A DNA stretch of 64,000 bases from an uncultured Candidatus Entotheonella sp. Its GTDB lineage: Bacteria; Tectomicrobia; Entotheonellia; Entotheonellales; Entotheonellaceae. Numbering within the stretch: position 1 is the stretch's first letter; each line of letters starts with the position of its first letter. Where the stretch lies: contig CBDCDA010000001.1 of NCBI GenBank assembly GCA_965215335.1, positions 1,856,001 through 1,920,000 of the forward strand, given 5' to 3'. A model generated the notes under the pieces. That model was not told the origin of the DNA and did no database searches. It worked only from the letters and a program-made list of their open reading frames with translations. The position numbers and the translations under genes are program-made. Below are positions 34,137 through 44,046 of the stretch, piece after piece.

Positions 34137-34922
34137 ATGCCCTTGCAGGACAAACGCGTCCTGGTGACGCGGGCGCAGGCGCAGGCGCACGGTCTTGAAG
34201 CACGACTCCAGGCATTGGGGGCGGTACCGCTGCCGTTCCCAACCATTCGCATTACCCCGCCAAGAGACGGCTACGCGGTGCTGGATGCGGTCTTGCGCGA
34301 ACTGGCGACATTCGACTGGGTGGTGTTCACCAGCGTCAACGGCGTCGATCACGTCTGGCAGCGCCTGGCGGTGATCGGGCTGGACAGCCACATTTTCACG
34401 CGCCTGCAACTGGCCGCTATTGGTCCTGCAACCGCCGCCGAGTTGGCCGCACGAGACCTGCAAAGCGTTGTGGTGCCGGAGCGCTTCGTGGCCGAAGCGC
34501 TGCTGGAGGTGATTCCAGAGCCGTCCGGCAAGCGGTTCCTGCTGCCGCGCGCGGCCCTGGCCCGCGACACGCTGCGCACCGGCCTGCAACACGCCGGCGC
34601 CCAGGTGGTCGAGGTGCCCGCCTACGATACCATCCTGCCTGAACCCTCCTCCGAAATCCTGACCGAACTTGAGGCCGGCGTCGATGTTCTCACCTTCACG
34701 GCGAGCAGCACGGTACGCAATTTCGTCACCCAGCTGGGTCAGGCCCGCGCCCGCTCGCTGGCAAACCAGGCGCAGGTCGCCGTCATCGGCCCGGTGACGG
34801 CTGAGACCGCCCGTGGCCTGGGATTGCGTGTCGACGTGGTGGCTTCCGAGTACACCATCGACGGCCTGGTGGCTGCCCTGGCCAACGCCTGTGGGCCGCG
34901 CCGCCCGGTTGCAGAGGACTGA
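34137..34922 (+). CDS. hemD: Uroporphyrinogen-III synthase
   Basis: VLVTRA, FTSVNGV, AIGPATA, FTASSTV. Confidence 0.93.
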   Translation: MPLQDKRVLVTRAQAQAHGLEARLQALGAVPLPFPTIRITPPRDGYAVLDAVLRELATFDWVVFTSVNGVDHVWQRLAVIGLDSHIFTRLQLAAIGPATAAELAARDLQSVVVPERFVAEALLEVIPEPSGKRFLLPRAALARDTLRTGLQHAGAQVVEVPAYDTILPEPSSEILTELEAGVDVLTFTASSTVRNFVTQLGQARARSLANQAQVAVIGPVTAETARGLGLRVDVVASEYTIDGLVAALANACGPRRPVAED

Positions 34923-35342
34923 TCCCGCCATCCCGGTCGCCGGCGGCGCGAGGCAACGCCAAGCGCGTCCGGTTCCCCCATCCGCAGCGCCTCGATCTCC
35001 CGCAGCCCGAGAGTCGTAGCTGTTGCCTGCCCCTGGAGCACGTTCGCAGCGAGACGACGTGTCATCCGGGGCTTCCCTGTCGTCCCAGCCTACTCTCCCC
35101 CGCTGCGGCAAGGACCGCTTTCGGCACCTAGCCGGGTTGACGGTCGTGCAATCAGCATCTATTTTGATTTGGATCAAGAAAGGCAAGGTGCGCAAGGTTC
35201 CCACCGGCGCGCTCTGTGGTGAATGCTCGGGATGCGACCCGGGGTCTAGGGAGATTTACGAGTGGCCCTAGTTTCGACACCAGGCTAGCTCACCATCGAA
35301 CGCACGTGACTGGCAATCCGCGTTAGAAAGGAGGAGCCTCAA

Positions 35343-35804
35343 GTGACGCACCATTTCGACAAAGCGGCGGCGGTTGCTCAGCTGAACCGGATTCTGGAGA
35401 TGGAGTTGGCGGGGGTGGTGCGCTACACGCACTACTCCCTGATGGTCTACGGTGCCAACCGCATCCCCATCGTGGCGTGGATGCGCGAGCAGGCGCAGGA
35501 AGCGCTGGTGCACGCCCAGGAAGCCGGCGAGCTCATCACTCACCTGGGCGAGCATCCATCGCTCGCCATCGGACCGCTGCTGGAGACCGAAAAACACGAC
35601 ATCGAAGACATCCTCCGCGAGTCCCTGGAGCACGAGCGCGAAGCCCTGCAAAGCTACCGCAACCTCCTGGCCATCACGGAAGGCGGCCACTCGCCTTACC
35701 TGGAGGAGTACGCGCGACGGCTGATCGTCGAGGAGGAGCGCCATCAAGGCGACGTGGACAAGATGCTGCGCAAGCCCGGGGAGGTGAAAGCGTTCGCATC
35801 ATAA
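35343..35804 (+). CDS. Bacterioferritin / ferritin-like di-iron protein
   Basis: ELAGVVRYTH, EALVH, EEERH; strong GGAGG RBS. Confidence 0.9.
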   Translation: MTHHFDKAAAVAQLNRILEMELAGVVRYTHYSLMVYGANRIPIVAWMREQAQEALVHAQEAGELITHLGEHPSLAIGPLLETEKHDIEDILRESLEHEREALQSYRNLLAITEGGHSPYLEEYARRLIVEEERHQGDVDKMLRKPGEVKAFAS

Positions 35805-35902
35805 CCGCGCCAGGCAAGGCGGGAAGTCTGACCGTGAGCGTCAAGGGCATCCGGTCCCCGCATCCTTCCGTCCAGCCGTGTCAGCAGCCCGCCGCGGCCG
35901 GC

Positions 35903-37000
35903 TCAGTCGTCGGGGAGATGGATGACCGAGCGCAGCGTCTCGCCCCGCTCCATGGCCTCGAAGGCGGGTTCCGTCTCGTCCAGCGTGATGACCCGCGTGA
36001 CGGCCCGGTCGAGGTCGAGGTGGCCCCGCCGATACCAGTCCGCCAACATGGGAAAATCGCGCGACGGCAGGCAATCGCCGTACCAGCTCACCCGCAGCGC
36101 ACCGCCCAGGCCGAAGAACTGCTGAATCGGCAGGTCCAGACGCATCGTCGGGTCGGGTACGCCGATGAGCACACACGTGCCGGCGAGGTCGCGCGCCCAC
36201 AGGGCCTGCAGCAGGGTTTCGGGGCGGCCAATTGCTTCGAATGAAAAACCCACGCCGTGGCCGCCCGTCAGTTCCTTGATTGCCGCCACCGGGTCGCCGT
36301 CGCGGGCGTCCACCAGGTCCGTGGCGCCAAACTCGCGGGCCCAATTGAGCTTGTTCTCGGCAATGTCGACAGCGATGATCCTGGCGGCGTGGGCAATCCT
36401 GGCGCCCTGAATGACGCTGGCACCGACGCCGCCACAGCCGAAAACGGCGACGGTGCTGCCACGCCGCACGGACGCCGTGTAGAGCACGGCGCCGATGCCG
36501 GTCATGACGCCGCAACCGATCAGGCAGGCTTGCACCGGCGGGCATTCGGTCGGCACGGGTACGGCCTGCCGAGCGGCTACAACGGTGTGCGTGCAGAACG
36601 TCCCGATGCCCAGCGCCGGGCTCAGGGTGACGCCGTCCGTCGTCCGCATGCGCGGCTCGGCATTGAGGCTGGCGGCGCAAAGGTGCGGCTGGCCGATGGC
36701 GCAGAAACGGCAATTGCCGCAAGGCGCCCGCCAGGCCAGGATGACGTAGTCGCCCGCTGCCGGGGCGGTGACGCCCTCGCCTACGGCCTCGACGATGCCG
36801 GCACCCTCATGACCGAGCAGGTACGGGAAATCGTTGCCGACGCTGCCCAGCTTGTAATGCAGGTCGGTGTGGCACACACCGCTGGCCTGCACGCGAACCA
36901 GCACCTCGCCTGGACCCGGTGGATCGATGAGAATTTCCTCGACGCGTGCCGGTTCTCCGGCGCGACGCGCTACGGCGCCTCGTCCTGTGATGGTCGTCAC
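35903..37000 (-). CDS. Zn-dependent alcohol dehydrogenase, S-(hydroxymethyl)mycothiol dehydrogenase (MscR/AdhE2)-like
   Basis: GVCHTDLHY, LLGHEGAG, SWYGDCLPSRDFP. Confidence 0.85.
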   Translation of the reverse strand: MTTITGRGAVARRAGEPARVEEILIDPPGPGEVLVRVQASGVCHTDLHYKLGSVGNDFPYLLGHEGAGIVEAVGEGVTAPAAGDYVILAWRAPCGNCRFCAIGQPHLCAASLNAEPRMRTTDGVTLSPALGIGTFCTHTVVAARQAVPVPTECPPVQACLIGCGVMTGIGAVLYTASVRRGSTVAVFGCGGVGASVIQGARIAHAARIIAVDIAENKLNWAREFGATDLVDARDGDPVAAIKELTGGHGVGFSFEAIGRPETLLQALWARDLAGTCVLIGVPDPTMRLDLPIQQFFGLGGALRVSWYGDCLPSRDFPMLADWYRRGHLDLDRAVTRVITLDETEPAFEAMERGETLRSVIHLPDD

Positions 37001-37148
37001 CTCATTCCCTCTCGCTTTCACTCCCGAAGCGCGGCTGTTGTGGGCTGCCGAGGCGTTCGATGGAGCAAGGATTGCTGACTACGACTCACGTTGTCGGGGC
37101 GTGCAGGATATCACACGACACACGGGCGGAGGAAGCGCAAAAACGCCG

Positions 37149-37178
37149 TTGACAGGTTCCGGTGTGTCTGATTAAAGT
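37149..37178 (+). promoter_or_regulatory. Putative sigma70 promoter
   Basis: TTGACA-18 nt-TAAAGT. Confidence 0.5.
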
Positions 37179-37275
37179 CAGGCGCTCAGTGCACGGCATG
37201 GAAAGTCCGGACGCCTGATCAAGATGCCCGAACGATCCTGGCGGAGTCGCGCAACCCGGTGCCGAGGAGACGATC

Positions 37276-37815
37276 ATGTCCGCCGAGAAGTACGCCCTGC
37301 TGGAGGCAAGGATTCGCCAGACAACGAGTCTGGTAGCGCGGCTGCGGGAGGAGAATCAGCAGCTGGTGCAGGAGAACGAGCAACTGTACGGGCGCATCGC
37401 AGAGCTCGAGGAGAAACTCCAGCACGCGCGGCGCCCTGGGACAGAGTCGGCGCCGAATCTCGACCATTTGCTGGCACAACTCGATACGTTGCATCAGGCG
37501 GATTCACCCCGGACAGTCGAGGCGGTGGAAGCGTACGAGCCGGAATCGGCGCCGAACGACCCGGCCGCCGAGGAGCCGCGGACGGAAGGAGATTACTTTC
37601 ATCTTGGCACGGTGTATGAGCGGCGCGGGCAGTTCGAGCCGGCCATTCAGATCTATCAGCAACTGCTGGAAGCGGACAACAACAACCTGGAGGTGGCACA
37701 GCGCCTCGCGTTCCTGCTCGAAAGGCTCAACCGCGACGAGGAGGCCGCCCCGCTATGGGACAGAATCTGGACCATGCGGGCGGGCCGCTCCAACCGGCAG
37801 CGTTGGTCGCGCTGA
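37276..37815 (+). CDS. Coiled-coil plus TPR protein
   Basis: N-terminal heptads (LREENQQL..ENEQL); TPR YFHLG.VY...GQFE.A...Y; GAGGAG RBS. Confidence 0.8.
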   Translation: MSAEKYALLEARIRQTTSLVARLREENQQLVQENEQLYGRIAELEEKLQHARRPGTESAPNLDHLLAQLDTLHQADSPRTVEAVEAYEPESAPNDPAAEEPRTEGDYFHLGTVYERRGQFEPAIQIYQQLLEADNNNLEVAQRLAFLLERLNRDEEAAPLWDRIWTMRAGRSNRQRWSR

Positions 37816-37952
37816 CCGCTGCCCCATCCACACTTTGCCGCACCGATTCATTTGTTTTCGACTCGATACCACCCCAAGCACAGCCTTTAAGCGACGCCGT
37901 TCCGAGGCTCCGCCCTCTTGCAAACCCACTGCATGCCTATCGGGAGAACACG

Positions 37953-38690
37953 ATGCCGGTCTGCGTACGTCTTGTGTTGAGCCTTATTGTGTCGGTCTGG
38001 GTGTTGTCCGATTCAGCACCTGTTGCGTTTGCGGGGGTGATCGGATACCCCGCCGCCCGCCAGGAACGGCTGCTGCAGGTGCGTCTTGAGTTGGCTGGCG
38101 ACAGTTTCAGGGAAGACCTGGATGCGAAAGGCGTCATTTCGGCTGGCAGGGAATTCAAGGCTGGTACCGGACGGGGTCTGGTGACCATCGTCGCGGGGCT
38201 GACCGATTGGAGCGAGATATACGCCCGCTTCGGCGGCGGCGAGTTCGAAATCGTCGGGACAGACTTCAACGGTTCATTCGGGCTGGCTTACGGCGGTGGC
38301 CTGCGGCTGCGCCTGCTGCGGTTCGGTTGGGGCGTTATCGGGGTGACGGGCCAATATCTGCGTTTTTCGAGCGACGACGAGGAGGCAGGAGGTGGCGAGG
38401 TCGGCGGCTTGTGGGAGGAATTCGACGCCGCCCTGGGTGTCGGCACGCGGCGGTTCGAGGTGTTTCAGCTATACGGTGGCGTGGCGTATCATCAATCGAG
38501 AATAAAATTTTCGGGTGGCCAGGGCATATTGGAATCGAATTTTGAATCGACTATCCCGGTGCGGGGGTTTGTCGGGGTGAACTTTTATCCGTTGGTCGAT
38601 TTCCCGGCCGGGCAGTTTGTGGTCAACGTGGAGGCCCGATTCATCGGCGAGACCCCGCAGGTCACCTTGGGGCTGCAATACTCCTTCTAG
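37953..38690 (+). CDS. Putative outer-membrane beta-barrel protein
   Basis: Signal peptide (VAFA), alternating beta-strand pattern, C-terminal LGLQYSF. Confidence 0.75.
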   Translation: MPVCVRLVLSLIVSVWVLSDSAPVAFAGVIGYPAARQERLLQVRLELAGDSFREDLDAKGVISAGREFKAGTGRGLVTIVAGLTDWSEIYARFGGGEFEIVGTDFNGSFGLAYGGGLRLRLLRFGWGVIGVTGQYLRFSSDDEEAGGGEVGGLWEEFDAALGVGTRRFEVFQLYGGVAYHQSRIKFSGGQGILESNFESTIPVRGFVGVNFYPLVDFPAGQFVVNVEARFIGETPQVTLGLQYSF

Positions 38691-38714
38691 CTGATTGAAG
38701 GGCGCGGGCAGTGC

Positions 38715-39692
38715 TCAGATGTTGTGGCAGGCTACGTAATGTTCGTCACCGCGGTCGAGCAATTCCGGCGCCACCTCACCGCAGATAGCGGTGGCGATGG
38801 GGCATCTGCTGAACAGCCGGCAGCCCGGCGGCGGGTCGACCGGCGTTGCCAGCTCGCCCTGCAGCGTCAGGCGGGGCGGCGGCTTGAGCGGGTCGGCGTG
38901 CGGCACGGCCATGAGCAGGGCGTGCGTATACGGATGCTTGGGGTTTTCGAAGATGGTGTCCACCGTGCCGGTTTCGACGATCTTGCCGACGTACATGACG
39001 GCGACCCGGTCGCTGATGTGGCGGATGACGCTGAGGTCGTGGGCGATGAACAGGTAGGTCAGGTTGAACTCCTCCTGCAACTCCCGAAACAAATTGAGAA
39101 TCTGCGCCTGAATGGAGACGTCCAGGGCCGACACGGGTTCGTCGCCGATGATCAGCTGAGGGTTTACGGCCAAGGCTCTGGCGATGGCGATACGCTGCCG
39201 CTGACCGCCGCTGAATTCGTGCGGATAGCGGTCGGCGTGCTCGACGCCCAGGCCCACCAGACGCAACAGATGCAGCACCTGGCGGCGCTTGGCCGTCCAT
39301 CCCCTGGCGAGATTGTGGACCTCCAGCGGGCGGCTGAGTATCTGCATGACGGTCTTGCGTGGATTCAGAGAACTGTACGGGTCCTGAAAGACCAGTTGAA
39401 CAGTCTTCCTCACGTCCAGCATGCGCTCGGGCGGAAACGACAGCAGATCGTCGTCTTTCAGGTAGATGGAGCCACTGCTCGGCTCAATCAACCGGGTAAT
39501 CAGGCGCGCTGTGGTGGATTTGCCGCAGCCGCTTTCCCCCACTAGGCCGAGCGTTTCACCGGACTTGATGAAGAAGCTGATATCGTCCACGGCCTTCAGG
39601 GTGCGGGTCTTGCCGCCGAGGCGGGAAATCAGGTCGTTATTCAGCGGGAAGTGCTTGGTGAGATTCCTGACTTCCAGAAAATAATCACTCAT
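38715..39692 (-). CDS. Oligopeptide/dipeptide ABC transporter ATPase (OppF/DppF-like)
   Basis: GESGCGKS, FSGGQRQR, HPYT, VACH. Confidence 0.95.
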   Translation of the reverse strand: MSDYFLEVRNLTKHFPLNNDLISRLGGKTRTLKAVDDISFFIKSGETLGLVGESGCGKSTTARLITRLIEPSSGSIYLKDDDLLSFPPERMLDVRKTVQLVFQDPYSSLNPRKTVMQILSRPLEVHNLARGWTAKRRQVLHLLRLVGLGVEHADRYPHEFSGGQRQRIAIARALAVNPQLIIGDEPVSALDVSIQAQILNLFRELQEEFNLTYLFIAHDLSVIRHISDRVAVMYVGKIVETGTVDTIFENPKHPYTHALLMAVPHADPLKPPPRLTLQGELATPVDPPPGCRLFSRCPIATAICGEVAPELLDRGDEHYVACHNI

Positions 39693-39717
39693 TGGCGGCC
39701 CGTTTCCCCGTTCCGAC

Positions 39718-40686
39718 TCATGGATGCAGATGACAGGCCACGAAGTGCCCGGGAGCCACCTCTTTGAGCGGCGGCACTTCCTGGCTGCAAACGTCCATGG
39801 CGTGCTCACAGCGCGGGTTGAACTTGCAGCCCGGCGGCGGCTCCAGCATGTTGCACACCAGGCCCTTGATCGGCGTCAGGAATTTCGCCTGCGTGTCGAG
39901 GCGCGGAATGGAATTCAGCAGGCCCTGCGTGTAGGGGTGCAGCGGCTTGGCGAAAATCTCGTTCTTGGCACCAAGCTCGACGAGGTGCGAGGCATACATG
40001 ACGCCGATGCTGTCGCAGGTGTGAGCGACGACGCCCAGGTTGTGCGTGATGAAAATCAGCGACATGTGAAAACGTTCGGTCATGCTTTGGATGAGGTCGA
40101 GGATGGTGGCCTGGATGGTCACGTCGAGAGCGGTGGTGGGCTCGTCGGCAATCAGGAAAGAGGGGTCGCAACTGAGGGCCATGGCCAGCATGACCCGCTG
40201 ACGCATGCCGCCGCTGAACTCGTGCACGTAATTGCCGTAGCGCGACTCGGGCGAAGGGATGCCGACCAGGTTCAGGAGCTCGACGACGCGCTCCTTGGCC
40301 TCCTTGTTGCTCATGCCGAGGTTGGTTCGCAGGGCGTCGGAGATCTGACTGCCAACGGTGAAAACGGGGTTCAGGGCGCTCATCGGCTCCTGGAAGACCA
40401 TGGCGATATTCCTGCCGCGCAGTCCACGCATTTCGGCTTCCGATTTGTCCAGCACGTTGTCGCCGTCGAACAGGATGCGGCCTCGAAAAATCTCGCCGGG
40501 CGGGATGGGGAGGAGGCGCATGACGGCGCGCGCCGTGACCGTCTTGCCGGAACCGGATTCGCCGACCAGTCCGAAGGTCTCGCTGCGGTTCACTGTCAGG
40601 GAGACACGATCAACAGCCGTCAGCCTGCCGCGTTTGAGATGAAAACGGACGCCGAGGTCTTCAATTTGCAGGACAGGGTCGGCCAT
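39718..40686 (-). CDS. Oligopeptide/dipeptide ABC transporter ATPase (OppD/DppD-like)
   Basis: [25 protein letters not shown]. Confidence 0.95.
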   Translation of the reverse strand: MADPVLQIEDLGVRFHLKRGRLTAVDRVSLTVNRSETFGLVGESGSGKTVTARAVMRLLPIPPGEIFRGRILFDGDNVLDKSEAEMRGLRGRNIAMVFQEPMSALNPVFTVGSQISDALRTNLGMSNKEAKERVVELLNLVGIPSPESRYGNYVHEFSGGMRQRVMLAMALSCDPSFLIADEPTTALDVTIQATILDLIQSMTERFHMSLIFITHNLGVVAHTCDSIGVMYASHLVELGAKNEIFAKPLHPYTQGLLNSIPRLDTQAKFLTPIKGLVCNMLEPPPGCKFNPRCEHAMDVCSQEVPPLKEVAPGHFVACHLHP

Positions 40687-40926
40687 GCTGTCGTCATCCG
40701 GATGCGGTAGGTTTATGCGATGTCAGGCTGCAAATACACCCCTGAACCAAGGCGGTCATCACGGCAAGTGGGTGCTGACCTTATGCGCAACGGGTCTGGG
40801 TGTCAAGCCCAAAGGACGCCGCGCAAAGCCTGCCTGCCCGTTGCGGGGCGGCAATTGAGAATTGGCCATTGCTGGTCTACAATGCCCGCCGATTTCGGGC
40901 CATGAACCATACGATGGAGGGATGCC

Positions 40927-41046
40927 GTGCAAGGGCGATGGCCGTCGGGTAAGCGGTGCGTGGTGGGATTGAGCTTCGATTTCGATGTCGGGACGATCTG
41001 GTTTCGCACCCTGCGCCAGCCCTTTCCCGGCCCGCTGTCGCGTGGC
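40927..41046 (+). pseudogene. N-terminal fragment of a polysaccharide deacetylase (PuuE-like)
   Basis: WPSGKRCVVGLSFDFD...LSRG; homology ends at about 41046. Confidence 0.65.
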
Positions 41047-41201
41047 TGGCAAACCAGCTCGCCGAGTTCGATCTGGCGATCGGGGAGGGCGACATGGTGC
41101 TCGCCGGTGCCCTGACCGGCGCCGTGCGCATGGCGTCCGGCGATGTGCTGAAGGCGACGTTCGGCGGCGGCCTGGGACCGGTTGGCGTGCGTTTTGCGTA
41201 G
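41034..41201 (+). pseudogene. C-terminal fragment of 2-keto-4-pentenoate hydratase (MhpD/FAH family)
   Basis: AVAWLANQL....GDMVLAGALT...GD...ATF.GLG.V.VRF*; no N-terminal part. Confidence 0.75.
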
Positions 41202-41232
41202 GCGACTCCGAGCGCAACCAGGGAAGCGCCTC

Positions 41233-41697
41233 ATGATGGCATCAAGCAATTTTGTTGCATTGCTGCACGAACACCGTGTCGGCCATTTGGCGACGGCCGA
41301 CAAGCTTGGCGCCCCGCACATGGTGCCGGTGTGCTTCGCCTATGACGGACGGGCCGTCTATTCGGCCATCGACCACAAACCCAAGCGCCGTACCGGCTAC
41401 GGCATGAAGCGCATCCGCAACATCGTCGAGAATCCTCGCGTGGCGTTTCTGGTGCACCATTACGAGGAAGACTGGCGGCAGCTTTATTACGTGATGATGC
41501 GCGGGGCGGCGGCGATCTTGGAGGATGGCGCCGAGCGCAGCCACGCTGTCGCGCTGCTCGAGGAAAAATACGCCCAGTATCGTGAGCGCCACCTGAGCAA
41601 CAGTGACGGGTTGGTGATCAAAATCGTGCCGGAGCGTATCACGCAATGGGGTGAATCGTTGACACGGTCCACGGGCAGCATGGCTGAAGACCCCTGA
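41233..41697 (+). CDS. PPOX-class putative F420-dependent oxidoreductase (Rv0121-like)
   Basis: HLATAD..GAPH.VPVCF, IDHKPK, RIRNI.ENPRV, YEEDW. Confidence 0.88.
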   Translation: MMASSNFVALLHEHRVGHLATADKLGAPHMVPVCFAYDGRAVYSAIDHKPKRRTGYGMKRIRNIVENPRVAFLVHHYEEDWRQLYYVMMRGAAAILEDGAERSHAVALLEEKYAQYRERHLSNSDGLVIKIVPERITQWGESLTRSTGSMAEDP

Positions 41698-41715
41698 CAC
41701 GGAAGGTCATGACGG

Positions 41716-42882
41716 ATGGATTTCGAGCTATCGGAGCAGCAGCAGCTAATTCGCACCGAAGTGCGGAACCTGGCGCGGAAATTCGACTGGGGATACTGGC
41801 GCGAGCTGGACCGCAGCGGGGAATACCCGCACGCATTCTTCAACGAATTTGCCGCCAATGGCTGGCTGGGCACGGTCATTCCCACCGCGTACGGCGGCAG
41901 CGGTCTGGGCGTGACGGAGGCTGCCATCGTGTTGCTGGAAATCTGCGCCTCGGGTGCGGGGACGTCCGGCGCCTCGCCGATTCACTTCTCGATGTTCCCG
42001 CCCATGCCGATCATCTTGCATGGCAGTGAAGATATGAAGCGGCGGTATCTGCCCTCCATCGCGCGCGGTGAAATGAAGCTGGCGTTCTCGATAACCGAGC
42101 CCAACGTGGGCAGTGATACCACGCAATTGCAGACGACCGCAGTGCGGGACGGCGACGAATGGGTCCTCAACGGGCGCAAGATCTGGTGCACGAACGCCCA
42201 GAACGCGGACCGCGTTCTGCTCTTGACGCGCACGACCCCGGCGGATCGGGTGGCGAAAAGGTCCAAAGGCATGTCCCTGTTCTTCGCCGAGATGGACCGC
42301 GCCGCGATTGCGGTGCGGCTGATCGAGAAAATGGGTCGCCACGCGGTCGATTCCAACGAGTTGTTCATCGACGGCCTGCGGGTGCCGCACGCTGACCTCG
42401 TGGGCGAGGAGGGAGACGGCTTCTCTCATATCATGACCGGCCTGAATCCGGAACGCATCGTGATTGCGGCGGAAGCGGTAGGCATCGGCAGGGCGGCACT
42501 CGACAAAGCCGTGCACTACGCCAAGGACCGGGTTGTCTTTGGCCGTCCCATCGGCAGGAATCAGGGCGTGCAGTTTCCGCTGGCGGAGGCCTACGCCCGC
42601 CTGGAGGCAGCCGAGCTGATGACGCTCAAGGCGGCGTGGCGCTACGACAACGGATTGCCCTGCGGCAAAGAGGCGAATATCGCGAAGCTGTTAGCGGCCG
42701 AGGCGGGGTGTGACGCGGTTGATCACGCCGTGCAGACGCACGGCGGGTTTGGTTATGCGCGCGAGTTTGACGTCGAGCGCCTTTATCGGGAAGTCCGTCT
42801 GTACAAGATCGCGCCGATTTCTCAGCAAATGGTATTGAATTACCTGGGTGAGCACGTACTGGGCATGCCACGTTCGTATTGA
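41716..42882 (+). CDS. Acyl-CoA dehydrogenase
   Basis: SITEPNVGSD, NGRKIW, QTHGGFGYA.E.DVER. Confidence 0.95.
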   Translation: MDFELSEQQQLIRTEVRNLARKFDWGYWRELDRSGEYPHAFFNEFAANGWLGTVIPTAYGGSGLGVTEAAIVLLEICASGAGTSGASPIHFSMFPPMPIILHGSEDMKRRYLPSIARGEMKLAFSITEPNVGSDTTQLQTTAVRDGDEWVLNGRKIWCTNAQNADRVLLLTRTTPADRVAKRSKGMSLFFAEMDRAAIAVRLIEKMGRHAVDSNELFIDGLRVPHADLVGEEGDGFSHIMTGLNPERIVIAAEAVGIGRAALDKAVHYAKDRVVFGRPIGRNQGVQFPLAEAYARLEAAELMTLKAAWRYDNGLPCGKEANIAKLLAAEAGCDAVDHAVQTHGGFGYAREFDVERLYREVRLYKIAPISQQMVLNYLGEHVLGMPRSY

Positions 42883-42935
42883 GACCTTGAGGTTTGACAA
42901 AAAGCATGCCCAGACGTTCCGGCCTGCAGACCATT

Positions 42936-43127
42936 TCATCCACAACTGAGGCAGCGGATCTCGGCGAAGATGTCCGCTTGCGCCGTTTCTGCCTCGCGGG
43001 CGTAGTTGACCATGCAGCGCATGGTCTTCGAAACGTCCGGCAAGTTATACTTCGCCGTCATTTCTTCGATAAACACCATCATGTCCTTCTCAAGCTCGAA
43101 CGAATAAGGCGCTTTGTCCTTGGGCAT
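42936..43127 (-). CDS. 63-aa hypothetical protein, ribbon-helix-helix-like with terminal CxxC
   Basis: GAGGAG RBS; YSFELEKD..helix..DVSKTMRC..RCLSCG. Confidence 0.7.
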   Translation of the reverse strand: MPKDKAPYSFELEKDMMVFIEEMTAKYNLPDVSKTMRCMVNYAREAETAQADIFAEIRCLSCG

Positions 43128-43224
43128 CTTTCACTCCTCATTGAAACGTGGTGAACAACGTGTCATGGTCTGCTCGGAAGCGCGCCATTATAGCCATAAC
43201 CCGCAGGTGAGGAAAGGGTGTCGA

Positions 43225-44010
43225 ATGAAGCCCTGGCGGTGTTGGGGAAGCCTTGTGGCTTGCGGTTTGGCCCTGGTTCTGAGCGCTGGGCACGCCTCTT
43301 CTGCCTGGGCGCAGAGGGCGGGCGCCGCGAACCCTGGGTCATCCTATCGAGTGGCGGGTGTTGTCGTCGCACGAGGCAGCCTGTCGGTGGACGTGCAAGA
43401 CGAAGACGTCGGGGCGATTTTTCAGGACATCGCCGCGCAGGCACAGATCGAAGTCAGCCACCTGGACGGGCTGCCTGACCGCCGGATATCCATACGGTTC
43501 ACCGACTTGTCTCTCACGGAAGGGATCAAGCGCCTGTTACGTGTGACAGGTATGCCGGGGTATGCGCTCATTACGGCCCGCACGGAAGACGGCGTGAAGA
43601 TCGAACGCATCCTGTTTCTGGACGGCGATGCGAGGGCGGGCGACAAATCGCGTGCTGCTGTCGCGCCACGCACGGCCAGGCGCCGAGCCCGGCGCCTGGC
43701 CGCACGGTCGGAACGCGCGCGCTCGCGTACGGCGGCGCGTGCCCCGCAGGGGACAGAGCGTGCTTCCACGTCGGTTTTTGAGGACCTGAGAGCGAACCCG
43801 GAAACCGAGCGGTTGCTGAACGAGGTTGTGCATCCGAACGAACAGGTACGCGAGCGGGCAATCGAGCGTCTCATGCGGTTGGCGAGCGACACGAATAAAC
43901 AGCGGGACCTGCGCGCCGCGCTTGACCCCTACATGGACGACCTGAGACACGGGGACGAAGAAGCCCGCGGGGAAGCGCGGGACGACATTCGCTCCATGCT
44001 GAGCCGTTGA
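43225..44010 (+). CDS. Secreted protein with secretin-N/STN-like domain and HEAT-like helical C-terminus
   Basis: Signal peptide (AWA); LSVDVQD...IAAQAQI...ISIRF.DLSL.EGIKRLL; VRERAIERL. Confidence 0.6.
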   Translation: MKPWRCWGSLVACGLALVLSAGHASSAWAQRAGAANPGSSYRVAGVVVARGSLSVDVQDEDVGAIFQDIAAQAQIEVSHLDGLPDRRISIRFTDLSLTEGIKRLLRVTGMPGYALITARTEDGVKIERILFLDGDARAGDKSRAAVAPRTARRRARRLAARSERARSRTAARAPQGTERASTSVFEDLRANPETERLLNEVVHPNEQVRERAIERLMRLASDTNKQRDLRAALDPYMDDLRHGDEEARGEARDDIRSMLSR

Positions 44011-44046
44011 TTCCGGGATGATCACGTTGCGCAGAAAGGTGACGTC

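Noticed and set aside
35241..35330. tmRNA-like start (GGGG...TTCGAC)
   Set aside because: Too short; no tag reading frame or 3' tRNA-like end
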